From Eukaryota sp. TZLM1-RC (Eukaryota > Protista > Metamonada: BaSk clade), in contig JAUPSS010000011.1 of the NCBI GenBank assembly GCA_040285825.1, forward strand, positions 628,159 to 692,158: a stretch of 64,000 nucleotides of DNA. Reading direction: 5' to 3'. Under the pieces are notes generated by a model that had not been told where the DNA came from, ran no database searches, and was given only the letters and a program-made list of their open reading frames with translations. This document shows positions 11,700 through 22,834 of the stretch, piece by piece. The position numbers and the translations under genes were made by a program. The first letter of the stretch is position 1; every line of letters starts with the position of its first letter.

Positions 11700-12474
11700 A
11701 AGTTTCAGACAAAGGATACAATCATGAAGCCCATATTGAATCGAATTTCGTATAAGAGGAGAAGTAGCTAAACAATCAATTGGCAAAATATGGGAAAATT
11801 CTTGATGAAGTTTGATTTTCTTTTCATTTATCATTTTATATGCCAGATTGCCTAATCCATGTCGTTAGGGTATTTTTATGAATTTTTTGGCAAAAACCAA
11901 AGTATCTAAAAGAACAAAGCTATTTTCCCTGATGACAACTTCTCTCCATCTCGGTGAAAGTTGATTGAGTACATCAATTGCTGTATCATCTGGAACAGTG
12001 GGAAATGGTAAATCAAAATAATTTAATCTATTTTTTAAAACCTATAAATCAAACTGCATTAAGTTTTGATTAAGAAAACAATGGGGTTGATAATTACCAA
12101 TAATGTTTAAAAACCTACGAAGCAAGGCTTTTTCGTCAGAGAAAATTTCTGCCTGAACATCCATATCAATGTCTGGTAATGTAATTTGAGGACTCATCCT
12201 CAACATAAGTGAATATTTACTCTCCAAAAAGAAATTATGGCGATCAAATTTACCAATAACAATCGAAATTAAAAAAACTTTTTGATCAGAAATTTGCTCA
12301 CCCATTTGCTCATCAGTTTTCTTTTTCAAAAGATTTGCACCCACTTTTCTCCTTTTGTCGGTTAATCTCGTCAGGAGGGAGAAATTGGCCATCTTGACTT
12401 TGATAAAGATGACCATCCTGATAGGTTTCAAGATCAAAGCACATAACAGTGGGAAAATTTTCATTTGAGGTCAT
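11700..12474 (-). pseudogene. DNA polymerase B-type DEDDy 3'-5' exonuclease domain, in frame with the Fanzor N-terminus
   Basis: ExoI 'VMCFDLETY' (12424-12438), 'FSDEKALLRRFLNII..YQP', ExoII 'NQNLMQFDL*VLKNRL' (~12045-12070), 'LLDTLVFAKK..HGLGNLAYKMINEKK', ExoIII 'IQYGLHDCILCLKLF' (11721-11735). ExoIII and the Fanzor start share ORF 11289-11834. Confidence 0.8.
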
Positions 12475-12731
12475 TCATTTGAATTGAATCAAAGGATTAG
12501 GCTTGAATCCACTAAGACTTGGCTCAGTTTTTCCAACCATACTCGGTTTCCATGGTTTGTTTGTCAAAATCTTCCTGTTCTCGATATTCAACATTGTATT
12601 CTCAATACAAATTTCTCGGTTCAGTGCTTTTTGTTGTTTTTTAGCTTACGCTTTGATGTTTGTTGGTCAAAAATCGCATTTCTAATATTTTTTTATGGAG
12701 GAGTTGATTTATAATTAGATCTTCTCTTTCT

Positions 12732-12779
12732 GGGACCAGGATTTGCTTCAACATCTCCATACATTGTTAAATCAACAGT
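12732..12779 (-). other. 2A ribosomal-skip (StopGo) peptide TVDLTMYGDVEANPG|P
   Basis: Exact D(V/I)ExNPGP consensus (GDVEANPGP at 12732-12758) preceded by 'DLT..', upstream of and co-oriented with the exonuclease-Fanzor frame. Confidence 0.8.
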
Positions 12780-14394
12780 AAATGGGTTTGTTGATAGAAG
12801 ATGTTGGCAGCTAATGGATTGAAAAGATAAATTATAAACATAATTATCAAACTCAACATTATCAAAATAACAATTTTAGACACAACATCCCACATCTAAA
12901 GTGTAAGAATCTAAACCACAAAAATGAACAAACTCAAAAACATCAAAATAACAATATAAAACAAAACATATTTAGAAGAAGCATCTCACATCTTGGCTCT
13001 GACCTTCCGTTTATTCCTGTAAATCAGGATGACTGTTCCCGACTGAGGAGTTCGGGAAGAAGTACTCTGCTGTTCTTTGAAGAACAGGTTGAAGGAGGAG
13101 GTGCGAACTGAGTCCGTAACCTCGTTATCCTTTTTCTCGTTTTGCTGCATGATGTTAAAAAGAATGGGAAGAGTCAAGATAATCTCTCTGTCTGACACGA
13201 TGTCTGATATGCTGATTGCAATTTCAAATTGATTGCTAATTTCCACTATGGTATCAAATGCCTATCCAATGTATCTCTAGTGGTCATCAGCATCAGCTCG
13301 TTACCCTCTAGCTCTTCTGGTCGTTGTTACTCCGTCTAAACTCTATGTTTTTTCCCAGTTTCCTTCTCCTTCCTTTACCTCTTGTTGTCTTCCCATTCAG
13401 CTATCTCAACAATTCTCCCTTCCCCTCTCCCTCTGTGTTTTGAGGGGACCTAAACAATTGCTTGTTTGGCCCAGAATCAACAAAATTCATAAGTGAGTAG
13501 ATGGTCTATTGATTTCAGACGTCTCAAATTTACATGGACCACAATGAGGTTGAGTCCCCACACCTGGACTTAGTTGGATGTTTCACTTACAAAATCAGAG
13601 AACATAACAGAGACTGATCATCTATCTGATTGGAGAGACAGTAGGTGAGTAACCCTTTCAATTTTCAGCAAAAGAAGTTGAATAGTTTTAAGTTTTTGGT
13701 TCAAAACTCCAGTTTTTGGAAAACCAGTAATTTCTCCAATGATATTGATAACTATGTGAGTAAAAATTAAATCATTATAAGAAAAAGGAATCCAAATGTC
13801 TACTGTCAATCAACTTCCTCAATTTAGAGCTCTGTGAAGTAGGACAACATAGGATCAAAGAATTTGACCAAAGCTGCATTCATTGGTGGAAAAATTTTGA
13901 TTTTGAATTTTGTAGAAGATATCCTTTTGCCAAAAATCTTCTTGAAACAACAAAGTCTATTCATGGATAACTGATTTGGTTCACCAGTGATGGTTATCTT
14001 GATGTATCCTCAATTCTCTTTGTTTAAATAAATACATCACAAATTTCCATCTATCTTTGACATCGATTGCTGATTGTTTAAAGTTACACATAATTTTATG
14101 CTTCGAATAAACAGTTTGAAAATTACACTGAAATTGGCAAATGCTGATAGGATTTGTTCACGTATTAATTTGTCAGGACGTGCCTCCTGAAAACTGTAAA
14201 TTTGTAAATTATCAATTCAGATAAAAAACAAATTCTCATATTCAAAGTTCAAGCAGAATCAGTTAAGAGAGTGCCATAAACTTGAGGATTTGTTGTTACT
14301 AAGGCAGAAGAAGTACTATCACACATATCTTGTAAAAGATTTGCAAAAGCGGGATTCTTTTACCATTCTTCTTACATTCCATTCTTCTTCCATT

Positions 14395-15513
14395 ATGTGG
14401 ATCTTCTTCCTACTCTGTTTAACGTTGTTGGTCTCTGCAGACTCTTCTCTCCATGGTGTTATAGTTACCACTCGCCATGGAGATCGCTCACCCTTACGAA
14501 CATATCCCCAACAATTTGCCACCTGGAACTGCACGATGAACTTGTTCTCTTCCCTTCATTTTGGAGAAAACTCTGTTCGATATCCTTATTTCCGAAAAAA
14601 CTATGTTGCTGACAAACAAGCCCTGAGTGGTAGCTGCTTCCTCGGCCAGCTGACCAATAAAGGAGGGTTGCAACACTTTGACCTAGGTCGTCGTCTCCGT
14701 GAGCAATACAACTCAATTCTGCCCTCCATTCCTGATGAAACAACCTATTTCAGATCCACTGATCTTCCTCGTACACAAGAAAGTCTTATCAGTAACATTT
14801 TAGGAACTTTCCCATCACTCCAGAGCAGCAGTCACGTACCTGATATCAATATATTTGAAAGACCTCAGGAGACACTCTTAGCCAATGCTGGTGCCTGCCC
14901 AAGACTTAAAGCAAGATTGGATGATCTTTATAGTAGCAACGAATGGGTTTCAAAAGAACAATCCCTTGAACATGTCAGAAGGAAGCTAGAAATTGCCTTG
15001 GGGGTTGAAGTGGTGACCTTAGACGACTGGAATAAAGGCTTTGATTATCTTTACACATTGGTGAACAATGCATTGCCTCTGCCTCGGCCAATTACTTACC
15101 AAGATTACCAAGAACTATTTGAGTTGAAATCTTGGCAGCTTTATAGAATGTACTCTGAAGAATTTTTAACTTTATCTTTAGGAGTTTGGTTTAAGGAATT
15201 GAAAGACAGTATTCGAGAGGTTTTTGAAGGTAAGTCAATTGTAAAGTACAGAGTTTTCAGTGGTCATGACACAACTGTTATGCCTTTGCTTCAGGTATTA
15301 GACATCGCCAACCCTGAATGGCCTCCCTATGCAGCTAATGTTGCTCTTGAGTTGTGGTCGGTTGATGGCAAACCCACAATTCGAGCAGTTTACAATGGAG
15401 AACCAATTAAAATGAGGTATTGCTCTTCAGTAAATTGTCCTTTGCAAATGTTTGAAGAAAGAATAGGGCAATTCTCTGTCTCCAGGCAAGAATGGGAAAC
15501 TCTTTGTATGTAG
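14395..15513 (+). CDS. Secreted/lysosomal histidine acid phosphatase
   Basis: Signal peptide 'MWIFFLLCLTLLVSA' from ATG 14395; RHGDRSP motif, 'GQLT..G..QH..LG', 'RSTD..RT..S', 'SGHDTT'. Confidence 0.93.
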   Translation: MWIFFLLCLTLLVSADSSLHGVIVTTRHGDRSPLRTYPQQFATWNCTMNLFSSLHFGENSVRYPYFRKNYVADKQALSGSCFLGQLTNKGGLQHFDLGRRLREQYNSILPSIPDETTYFRSTDLPRTQESLISNILGTFPSLQSSSHVPDINIFERPQETLLANAGACPRLKARLDDLYSSNEWVSKEQSLEHVRRKLEIALGVEVVTLDDWNKGFDYLYTLVNNALPLPRPITYQDYQELFELKSWQLYRMYSEEFLTLSLGVWFKELKDSIREVFEGKSIVKYRVFSGHDTTVMPLLQVLDIANPEWPPYAANVALELWSVDGKPTIRAVYNGEPIKMRYCSSVNCPLQMFEERIGQFSVSRQEWETLCM

Positions 15514-17294
15514 TTTTTTATTATAAAGTTGAAAATAAAGTTGACTTTTGTTTATTTTGATTTCTTGGAGCAAGAATTTCTGGGTTATTAGGGATCTGCA
15601 ATGGGTTCAATTTTGAAAAGTGTGTTATCCAACTGAATATCGATGTGAAATCACTCAGCTATAATCAAAGTACTTTTATCACCTTCAAAAGCTGCTGTTT
15701 TCAAAGTGTAGACGTTTTGCCAATTACCATCTTTGGAATCAGTATCTACAAATCAAACTTTCACCAAAGTCTCATCTGCTACTTTAGATATTGACTCAAA
15801 CCTTGTCAAATATACTTCAATACAACTTCAGTGGTGAGACGCTGAATGGATAGTTGATGTTGTGAAGAAGCGAAGAAGCGTCATAATTGTTTATTGACTT
15901 GGTCTTTGGTTCTTACTAGCTGTGCGTGTGGTTGGCAGCAAACGCAGCACGACCTGTCTTGAAACTTTTTCAAACAGTTTTTGTCTTCCTAGTCCTTTTC
16001 ACAAAAATGAGTAGGAAGACATGACAATAATATTTGTGTTGAAACCATTGCTATTGCTACATTACCATCAAACAATTCATCAAAACCCGTCTCAATAACA
16101 ATGCCAAATAAATTCTTGAAGACCCCAGCATTGATGGTACGTGTAGTAATAGCGCTTCTATTGATCCTACAACACAGTGATTTGGTTGTTCCTGGCTTAA
16201 ATGGAAGCTTCACTATTTTAAATGCCATGTCTATTGACTCTTCAAGAGTCACTTCTTCTAATTCTTTCAATGAACATTTCATTAATTCTGATGACTTTTG
16301 CTGGCAAACACTGCAAGATTGCTGAACACGTGAAACCGATTTCTTTTGTTCTCAAAGCTTAAAACAATTTATGTTCCGTTGTTTTTTCTTTGCTCGGTTC
16401 TTTAGGTAACGTGGCTTTGGCATTCCTTGAAGTTCTCTGCATAGTTGTAAAAGAAAGGACTGGAAGATTTTTCAATAGTGTTTACTGGCAAAACAGCATC
16501 ACGTTTTCAATATATAACGGGATGGTGAAATTTATTTTTGATTCACTTTCTACTTTTGGTAGATTTCCCAAATCTTAGGTAGTAAAAAAATTTCGAGTTC
16601 GAAAGACAGGTTTTGATGATGTGGAGCTCTAGTTGTGTATTTGATAATATGGTTCATATTCGTTGTGTATCGAATAATAGCAAAAGAAGGCCACGTTAAC
16701 AAAACAAATGACTTCACTTAATTTTATTTCAATTCCTTGTCCCAACACTTATACCTTCTCTACTCCTTTTTTAAACATGTTTTCATCTTGAAAATATTGG
16801 TGTCTAAAACCAGGAAGTTTCAAGATCGAACGGACGATATAACGACATCTGAAGTCTATGGTCAAAAGATTATCGAAACGTTAATCGAAAGTATCGGATA
16901 CGATACTGCGGTTGTATGTTGATTTTTGAATAACAAAAGGATGATTAAACAGAATAATTCTATATCTTCTATACCCAATTCAACCAAGAACAATTGACTG
17001 GAAGTTTTCCTTTCATGAAACGAACCCAGAAAAGAACAATACAGATGATAATAAGACTATCACAACAAATTGATATGTAATATGATGTTCCGAATGTCAT
17101 GAAGACATCCAATAGGAGTCATTATGACCTGAGATCACACATTTTTATGGGTCAATGTCTCACTAACTTTGCTCATGTTAGTGTTGGTCTTCGTGCATTT
17201 GAGTTCATAAACTAAAATAAATAAAAGCACAGACGTTTATGCCAGAGTTAAGAAAATCAACTAAAAGGAAATAACAAAAACAAATTTAAACTAC

Positions 17295-17484
17295 TGTTGC
17301 CTGTGGGCTAGAGTCAGACATATATGTGAACAGATAGTAATTTTATTACGACGAGAAATGAGCTATGGTGAATTTCAATACCATCACTAGTGAGGTCTCC
17401 ATGAATAAACAATGAACATTAAGCTAATAAACAAGAATAAATAGATAAGTCTATCTACACTCTAGAATAGTGTAAAGACTAACA
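17295..17484 (-). repeat. 3' LTR (190 bp)
   Basis: TGTTG...TAACA ends, abuts the PPT and pol stop codon, carries AATAAA on the minus strand; 17439-17489 is identical to 22789-22839. Confidence 0.7.
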
Positions 17485-19293
17485 CTACTTTTTCCCCTCC
17501 ATTCGACGGTCTTTTCTAGCTCTTCTGCGAGGTTGTTTGCGAGTAGGTTGACTAGTTGGGGGTTGTGACTTATTAGTCTGGAGGAAGGCTCGGTAGGCCT
17601 TGGTGTTCTTAATGCGGTCGACAGGCTCAGTGCCTCGTACATCTCCAGCGTATACGACTTGACACTCGTTGCCATCCTGGCTGAGAACTTCTAATAGAAG
17701 ATGTTCCTCAGTATAACCTGAGGCCACGATACGATAAAACTCATCATCAGTGGGTTTGTCAGAATGGTACAATTTGCATTGTGAAATGCTAGCCTTAGAT
17801 TCGACACCTGTGATTAAATTCTTTAATAATAAAGTTGATTTACTAGGTTTGTCGATGACCAGATATGGGCCCAGATAATTCCCATGTAATTTGGAGTTAC
17901 TAGATGATTTGAGGATTAAACATCCAACTTCGAATAGCAGGTTACTCGTGCTTGGCTTCTCCTCTGGCGATTTCGATGTTTGGGTGATTTCTGCTTTTTC
18001 TCCTTTTTCTTTTAGTCGATTAAATTTAGATTGGATATCCAGAATGAAAGGAACCTCAGTGGTAGCCTTTTCGATGGTGGAAAAAATTGATAAAGGGTCA
18101 GCTCTGGGACTGACGTCTGACCCAAACATAAGCTCGAATGGACTGAAACCTGTGACAGAGCTCTTAGACGAATTCGTTAAGAGTTGTACGTAAGGCATGT
18201 ATTCTGACCAGTTGTCATAGGCGTTAAAATCGATTAGGAGCTTCCTAAGATTTTGTAAAATAACTCCATGACGTCGTTCAACTAGGCCATTTGATTGACT
18301 GAAATTTGGAATACTGTTCGTCATGTTGATAGACAGGAATTCGCACAGTAATTTAAACACGTTGTTGGCGAATTCTGGGCCGTTGTCACTGTGAATGCTG
18401 TAAGGTATACCAAAGATTGTGCACACACTCCAAATCAAAGCGTCGGCTGTCAGCCTTGCGTTTAATTCTTTGAGGGGCACGAGGACTGTATACCGAGTGA
18501 AACTGTCCACGAAAACTAAGATGTATTTATTGGCCTCTTGATCTGGAGGAAGAGGACCAATGGTATCCACGTTCAATCTCGCGAAGGGTTTGTCAGCCCA
18601 GAGAGATCCGGTGGAAGGAGTGATAGATTTGGGGACAGGTGCCGTTTTCTGACATAATGGACAAGAACGCACGTGGTTCTTCATATCATCAGTCATACTG
18701 GGCCAGTAGTAGTCGCTAGAGGATAGCCTGCGTAAACTCTCAGACATACTAGGATGACCGCTTGATACATAACCATGTATGATCAAGAGCGTGTTGTTGA
18801 TGAGTGATGACGGGATGATGATCTTGCCTGATTCGTTAACGTAGAGGTCAAGATGATTGACGGAACAGTTATTAAATGAACGTTCGTGAGCTGCAACAGC
18901 TTGTCTTTGCTCTGAACGGATTCTACTCAACCAAGGATCGAACATGGGGGTTGCAGATGCACATTTCTCTTTTAGAATGAGGATTTTGTGGGTATCCCGA
19001 AGGTCGTCTGGGTCTGGAAGAGCAGAGTCGTCTGATGGATCATAGTTTCTGATATAATAGATTGGGTGAAACGGTTCATAGGTGGTCTCGCTCGCTGATG
19101 AACGAGTATTGCCTGTGTTGATTGTGTTTATGCGTACAGGATCGGTCGTTGGGACCTGTCTGGATAGCATGTCTGCCCAGTAGTTGTCTTCCCCCGAGGT
19201 GTGTACCAACTCGAAGTCGAACTCACTGAGTATTGGTAACCAACGTGTGACAATTCGATTCTTATCAGGGGCTGTTACCAGATATGAGAGCAA
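17485..19293 (-). CDS. Pol C-terminus: end of RNase H, integrase (HHCC, DDE), GPY motif and degenerate chromodomain-like tail
   Basis: 'H..G..N.WADMLSR', 'HGYVSSGH...CPLC', 'VDTIGPLP', 'VDSFTRY', 'HSDNGPEF', 'SNGLVERRH', 'YLGPY'. Confidence 0.92.
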   Translation of the reverse strand: MLSYLVTAPDKNRIVTRWLPILSEFDFELVHTSGEDNYWADMLSRQVPTTDPVRINTINTGNTRSSASETTYEPFHPIYYIRNYDPSDDSALPDPDDLRDTHKILILKEKCASATPMFDPWLSRIRSEQRQAVAAHERSFNNCSVNHLDLYVNESGKIIIPSSLINNTLLIIHGYVSSGHPSMSESLRRLSSSDYYWPSMTDDMKNHVRSCPLCQKTAPVPKSITPSTGSLWADKPFARLNVDTIGPLPPDQEANKYILVFVDSFTRYTVLVPLKELNARLTADALIWSVCTIFGIPYSIHSDNGPEFANNVFKLLCEFLSINMTNSIPNFSQSNGLVERRHGVILQNLRKLLIDFNAYDNWSEYMPYVQLLTNSSKSSVTGFSPFELMFGSDVSPRADPLSIFSTIEKATTEVPFILDIQSKFNRLKEKGEKAEITQTSKSPEEKPSTSNLLFEVGCLILKSSSNSKLHGNYLGPYLVIDKPSKSTLLLKNLITGVESKASISQCKLYHSDKPTDDEFYRIVASGYTEEHLLLEVLSQDGNECQVVYAGDVRGTEPVDRIKNTKAYRAFLQTNKSQPPTSQPTRKQPRRRARKDRRMEGKK

Positions 19294-19631
19294 TGTCCAT
19301 TGGATCTGGATCCATTGCTGGACAAGGATCCATTGCTATTGTGATCTGTGAATATCGTGAGCTTCCTGCTTTTGAGGTAACTCTCGATGCATGATTTTGT
19401 TAGGATGAGAAGTATAGCGTAAAGCTCTTTCTGCATCGTTGACCAATTCTTTTGGGAATTGGAGAGAATCCTGCTAAAGAAACTGATAGGTCTGACCTTA
19501 GGGTCAATGAGAGGAGTGCCATTGTGTTCACAAGGATCATATTCTTCCCAAATGACGCCGCCAATAGCAATGTCTGATGCGTCACAACTGATAGGGACAC
19601 AGTTATCTGCTGGGGGTAAACTCAATGGCAT
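19275..19631 (-). CDS. RNase H fragment of Pol (frameshifted)
   Basis: 'CDASDIAIGGV', 'PISFFSR.L...QKNWSTMQKELYAI', 'IFTDH'. Confidence 0.9.
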   Translation of the reverse strand: MPLSLPPADNCVPISCDASDIAIGGVIWEEYDPCEHNGTPLIDPKVRPISFFSRILSNSQKNWSTMQKELYAILLILTKSCIESYLKSRKLTIFTDHNSNGSLSSNGSRSNGHCSHIW

Positions 19632-19679
19632 ATTCTCCTTTACGAGTTGCTTGATCTTGTTGAAGCGAAGTTCATGATC

Positions 19680-21443
19680 TCAGGTCCACTCGATACGGCG
19701 GTGGTTTCCTCTAATAAGCTCGATGATAGGAGATAAGATTTCGGATACCGAAGGTAGCCAGTTTCTAATGTAGTTGATGGATCCTACAAAACTTCTGACG
19801 TCATTCACTGTCTTGGGAGCTGGAAGCTCGACTTGTCCAGTTAGTCGTGAGGGATCGATTTGGTGTGTACCGTTGACGAAGATACTACCAAGAATCTTGA
19901 TTTCATGATCTTTAGACTTGAAATGGCATTTTGGTAGGCCAAGGCTGACCCGCTTCTCTTTAGCGCGGAAGAGGACGGCTTTGAGCCTGTCGATGAATTG
20001 AGGAAGGGTATTACCTATGATAATGATTTCGTCGATGTAGATAAACACGCCTTCGATGCTAAAGATGTTGGACATTACATTTTGAAACACTGCCGGGACG
20101 TTCTTGAGACCGAAACATGCCCTGTTGAAGCTGATACTGCGACCAGGAATGCTGAGGGTGGTTTTCTCGATGTCTCTTTCGTTGATCTTGAGCTGCCAAT
20201 ATGCTTTTGGGAGATCAAGTGTTCCAATGTAATTGGCTTGAGATAAGAACTCTAATACATCAGAGATCTTGATTGGAGCAATGGAGATAGTGTTTGCATT
20301 GACTCCATTCGGACCACTGAAGTCGCCTGTAAGACGTGGTTTCCGATGATCAGGATAAACTACAAGAACGACTGGGGAGCTGAATCTACCGTTGGATTCT
20401 GTGGCGAAACCAGATTCGATTAACTCATCGAATATTTGGTTGGCGATTTTGAGTCGTTCAGGGTTTAACCTGCGAGGTGGACGATAAACAACAGTGTCTT
20501 CATCGTAGAAATCGATGTCCATGGGGTTACAGTCGATGCCGTCTTCATGGGGTTTCAACGTGAAAACATCTTTGAACTCTTCAAGAGTTGCGAGGAGCTG
20601 TTGATTTTCTGATTGATTGTTGAGCTTTATTTGACAACCTGACGAGTTGACGTGATCTTCGAATGTTTTTGACACCTTGAGGTCAGATATCTGTGAAATT
20701 CTGTGGTCAAACTCAGATTCAGGTAACATTAGTGTTCTGTGAAGCTCATCGAGATGAATGTGTACCCTGTCGTTGTTCATGAGGCTGAGTTCATATAGGA
20801 TGTATATTCCTATAATTAGAGTGTTGTTGCCTGGAACGATTGGTAAGGATTTGGTAAGATGCACAACTTTGGCAATGCTACCGACGTTGAAGGATAGGAT
20901 TCCTTTGGTATTGTAGTCAGAGTTTGATGGTTCTTTGTTAACACCAATGAATTTGAAAGATTCAGTGCAGTGTTCCATCTTGCATTTTGTAGATAGGTCT
21001 TTCGAGATGACGGATATGGATGCTCCGCTATCAATAAGGCCAGATACCTTTATGTTATTAATCTGCAACCAGAGTTCAATAAACGTGGGACAATTAATAG
21101 ATTTATTGGCACAAACAGAAGACAAACTAAAAATTCTATTGGTATGCGAAGATTCAGGGTCACATGTGCTCAAAGGATTTAAGAGGCGTTTGGGAGGAGA
21201 ATGCGACGATGTCAAAAAACGATTGTTTGAGAGAGTCGGTAGTATGATCTGAAGATGGATTGACGTTGGTAGATTGTGGATTCTTGATGTTAATTGTATT
21301 GATCCTGTAACTACGAGAACGTTTACTATCACTACTACTATAACTATCCAAACTACGGCGCTTATTCTTAGGAATTGCAGATCTCTTGCAATGTGGATGT
21401 AGGCATTCCTTGACAGAATGACCTGGCTCTTTGCAAAATCCAT
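19680..21443 (-). CDS. Pol N-terminus: aspartic protease and reverse transcriptase
   Basis: 'LIDSGAS', 'SSPVVLV', 'LDLPKAYWQ', 'FGLKNVPAVFQ', 'YIDEII' (YxDD changed to YIDE). Confidence 0.92.
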   Translation of the reverse strand: MDFAKSQVILSRNAYIHIARDLQFLRISAVVWIVIVVVIVNVLVVTGSIQLTSRIHNLPTSIHLQIILPTLSNNRFLTSSHSPPKRLLNPLSTCDPESSHTNRIFSLSSVCANKSINCPTFIELWLQINNIKVSGLIDSGASISVISKDLSTKCKMEHCTESFKFIGVNKEPSNSDYNTKGILSFNVGSIAKVVHLTKSLPIVPGNNTLIIGIYILYELSLMNNDRVHIHLDELHRTLMLPESEFDHRISQISDLKVSKTFEDHVNSSGCQIKLNNQSENQQLLATLEEFKDVFTLKPHEDGIDCNPMDIDFYDEDTVVYRPPRRLNPERLKIANQIFDELIESGFATESNGRFSSPVVLVVYPDHRKPRLTGDFSGPNGVNANTISIAPIKISDVLEFLSQANYIGTLDLPKAYWQLKINERDIEKTTLSIPGRSISFNRACFGLKNVPAVFQNVMSNIFSIEGVFIYIDEIIIIGNTLPQFIDRLKAVLFRAKEKRVSLGLPKCHFKSKDHEIKILGSIFVNGTHQIDPSRLTGQVELPAPKTVNDVRSFVGSINYIRNWLPSVSEILSPIIELIRGNHRRIEWT

Positions 21444-22788
21444 AGATGTCAGAAGGGGACGCAGCAGATTTATCGTCTTTGGCAGAGCGTTTCTTTAGAT
21501 TTTTGACTCTGCGTCTGAGCTGCTCCTTGTTGGTCGATACTTGTTCGACATAATCGTAAATGTCGATAAGCTTTTGGTCTTGGGGATGGGGTCTCCCACC
21601 GAACATAGGACCTTGAGCTCCTGGACCAGTGAAGTTTCTGACGGATTTCCGAGCTCGCTTTTGTTCCTCGAAGGTTCTGGTATTACACCAGTTGTTATAA
21701 AACTTAGAGAGAACATCGATGAAATCACTTAGACGGCGTTTAACGTAAAAAGAAGAGTACGTCCAAGGATTGAAGAGCTCGTTGAAGAGAGGGTCAATTC
21801 CGAGGTTGTCGAGAATAGAGAACGCAATGTCCCATTCTTCGAGCTTGATTACCTCTTGATGGGGTTGGAAGCGATCGATAGCTAGTGTATCTCTCATCCC
21901 CATTGATTGATTGACGACAAAGCCGACCTGCGATATATATTTAATCCATCTACTCTGGTAATTGGAGATATTCCAATCCATTTTGACTTGGGATAATGTG
22001 AGTTTGGCAGTGGCCAGATTTGGAAACTGGGAAGCGAAGAGAATGTTCTCCCACAGTTCTTCATCGTTGATATGATGGAGATGGAGACCGGGCCTTGTAC
22101 CATCTGCAGCCTCGGCAAGGGTAGATATGACATCGGTGTCAACGCAAGAGCTGATGCCAGCTGGATTGATTTCAACGCCAGCTCTGAAAATGTCCCACTT
22201 GTGGGCTGGCTCATCGTATCGTTGATTTAACGAAATGTAGTTGGGAAGATGAGTAGCGCGGAGAGTACAGGCTCTGTGAGCTACTGTAAGTTGTGTGAGA
22301 CGTGCAATTTCATTAGTTAGAGCGACTTCGCGAGGGTTGTTGGGGTCACATTTGAAATCTTGAGAAATTCTATCATTGTACGCCGAAGAGATGAAGTCAT
22401 TAATAAATGCAATGACCTTGCCAGTACTGGTAATCGTGTCCTTCTTGAGACGAGGGCGATTACGATCTTATTGAAGTTTCTTGGCTCGGTCGTCATAGAA
22501 ACTACGAGACGCTTTGGACATAGCCGCAAGAACAGCGTTAGTGGTAGTAGTGGCGTTTTGAGGAGGGAGACTAGCACCATAGACTGTTTTTCCGCAGTCT
22601 GATACTTTAGTCTAGCGCATCCTGTCTACTTGTTCCATGGGTTTATCATATCGAGTGTGACTTGGAACACCATCAAAAGTAGGATCGACTTCTTGTCCAT
22701 CTCTGGTGATTTTAGGGAAACAGCGAGAGGGGCTGTCCCTGATTTTGGTGGTGGACTGTGATGTTTTAGGAATGTTAAGCGAGGAATG
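21160..22788 (-). pseudogene. Gag-like ORF with two in-frame stops and a degenerate CCHC knuckle
   Basis: The frame of ORF 21160-21981 extends to the 5' LTR remnant through one TAA and one TAG; 'YGFCKEPGHSVKEC'. Confidence 0.7.
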
Positions 22789-22834
22789 AAATAGATAAGT
22801 CTATCTACACTCTAGAATAGTGTAAAGACTAACA
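22789..22834 (-). repeat. Truncated 5' LTR (46 bp)
   Basis: Exact match to the first 46 nt of the 3' LTR, then runs directly into the gag frame. No PBS seen. Confidence 0.8.

Larger units (their letters stand above)
17295..22834 (-). mobile_element. Ty3/Gypsy LTR retrotransposon, defective, with CTAC target-site duplication
   Basis: Gag-PR-RT-RNaseH-IN order, TG...CA termini, CTAC at 17291-17294 and 22835-22838, and PPT GGAGGGGAAAAAG next to the 3' LTR. Confidence 0.9.

Noticed and set aside
11700-12474. A stand-alone DNA polymerase B gene (host, Polinton or viral)
   Set aside because: No palm motifs (SLYP, YGDTDS) follow ExoIII; the frame passes straight into Fanzor sequence.
14290-14394. 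N-terminal extension of the acid phosphatase from the TTG start in the ORF track
   Set aside because: ATG at 14395 begins a clear signal peptide.
15900-16500. Cys-rich minus-strand fragments (CSVC, CCVC) as a transposase or Fanzor end
   Set aside because: No diagnostic catalytic motif and too degraded to assign.
9432-22788. Stop-codon reassignment (TAA/TAG read as Gln) to explain in-frame stops in the mobile elements
   Set aside because: Intact host genes end in TAA, TAG and TGA and have no internal stops; the elements also carry frameshifts, which points to decay.
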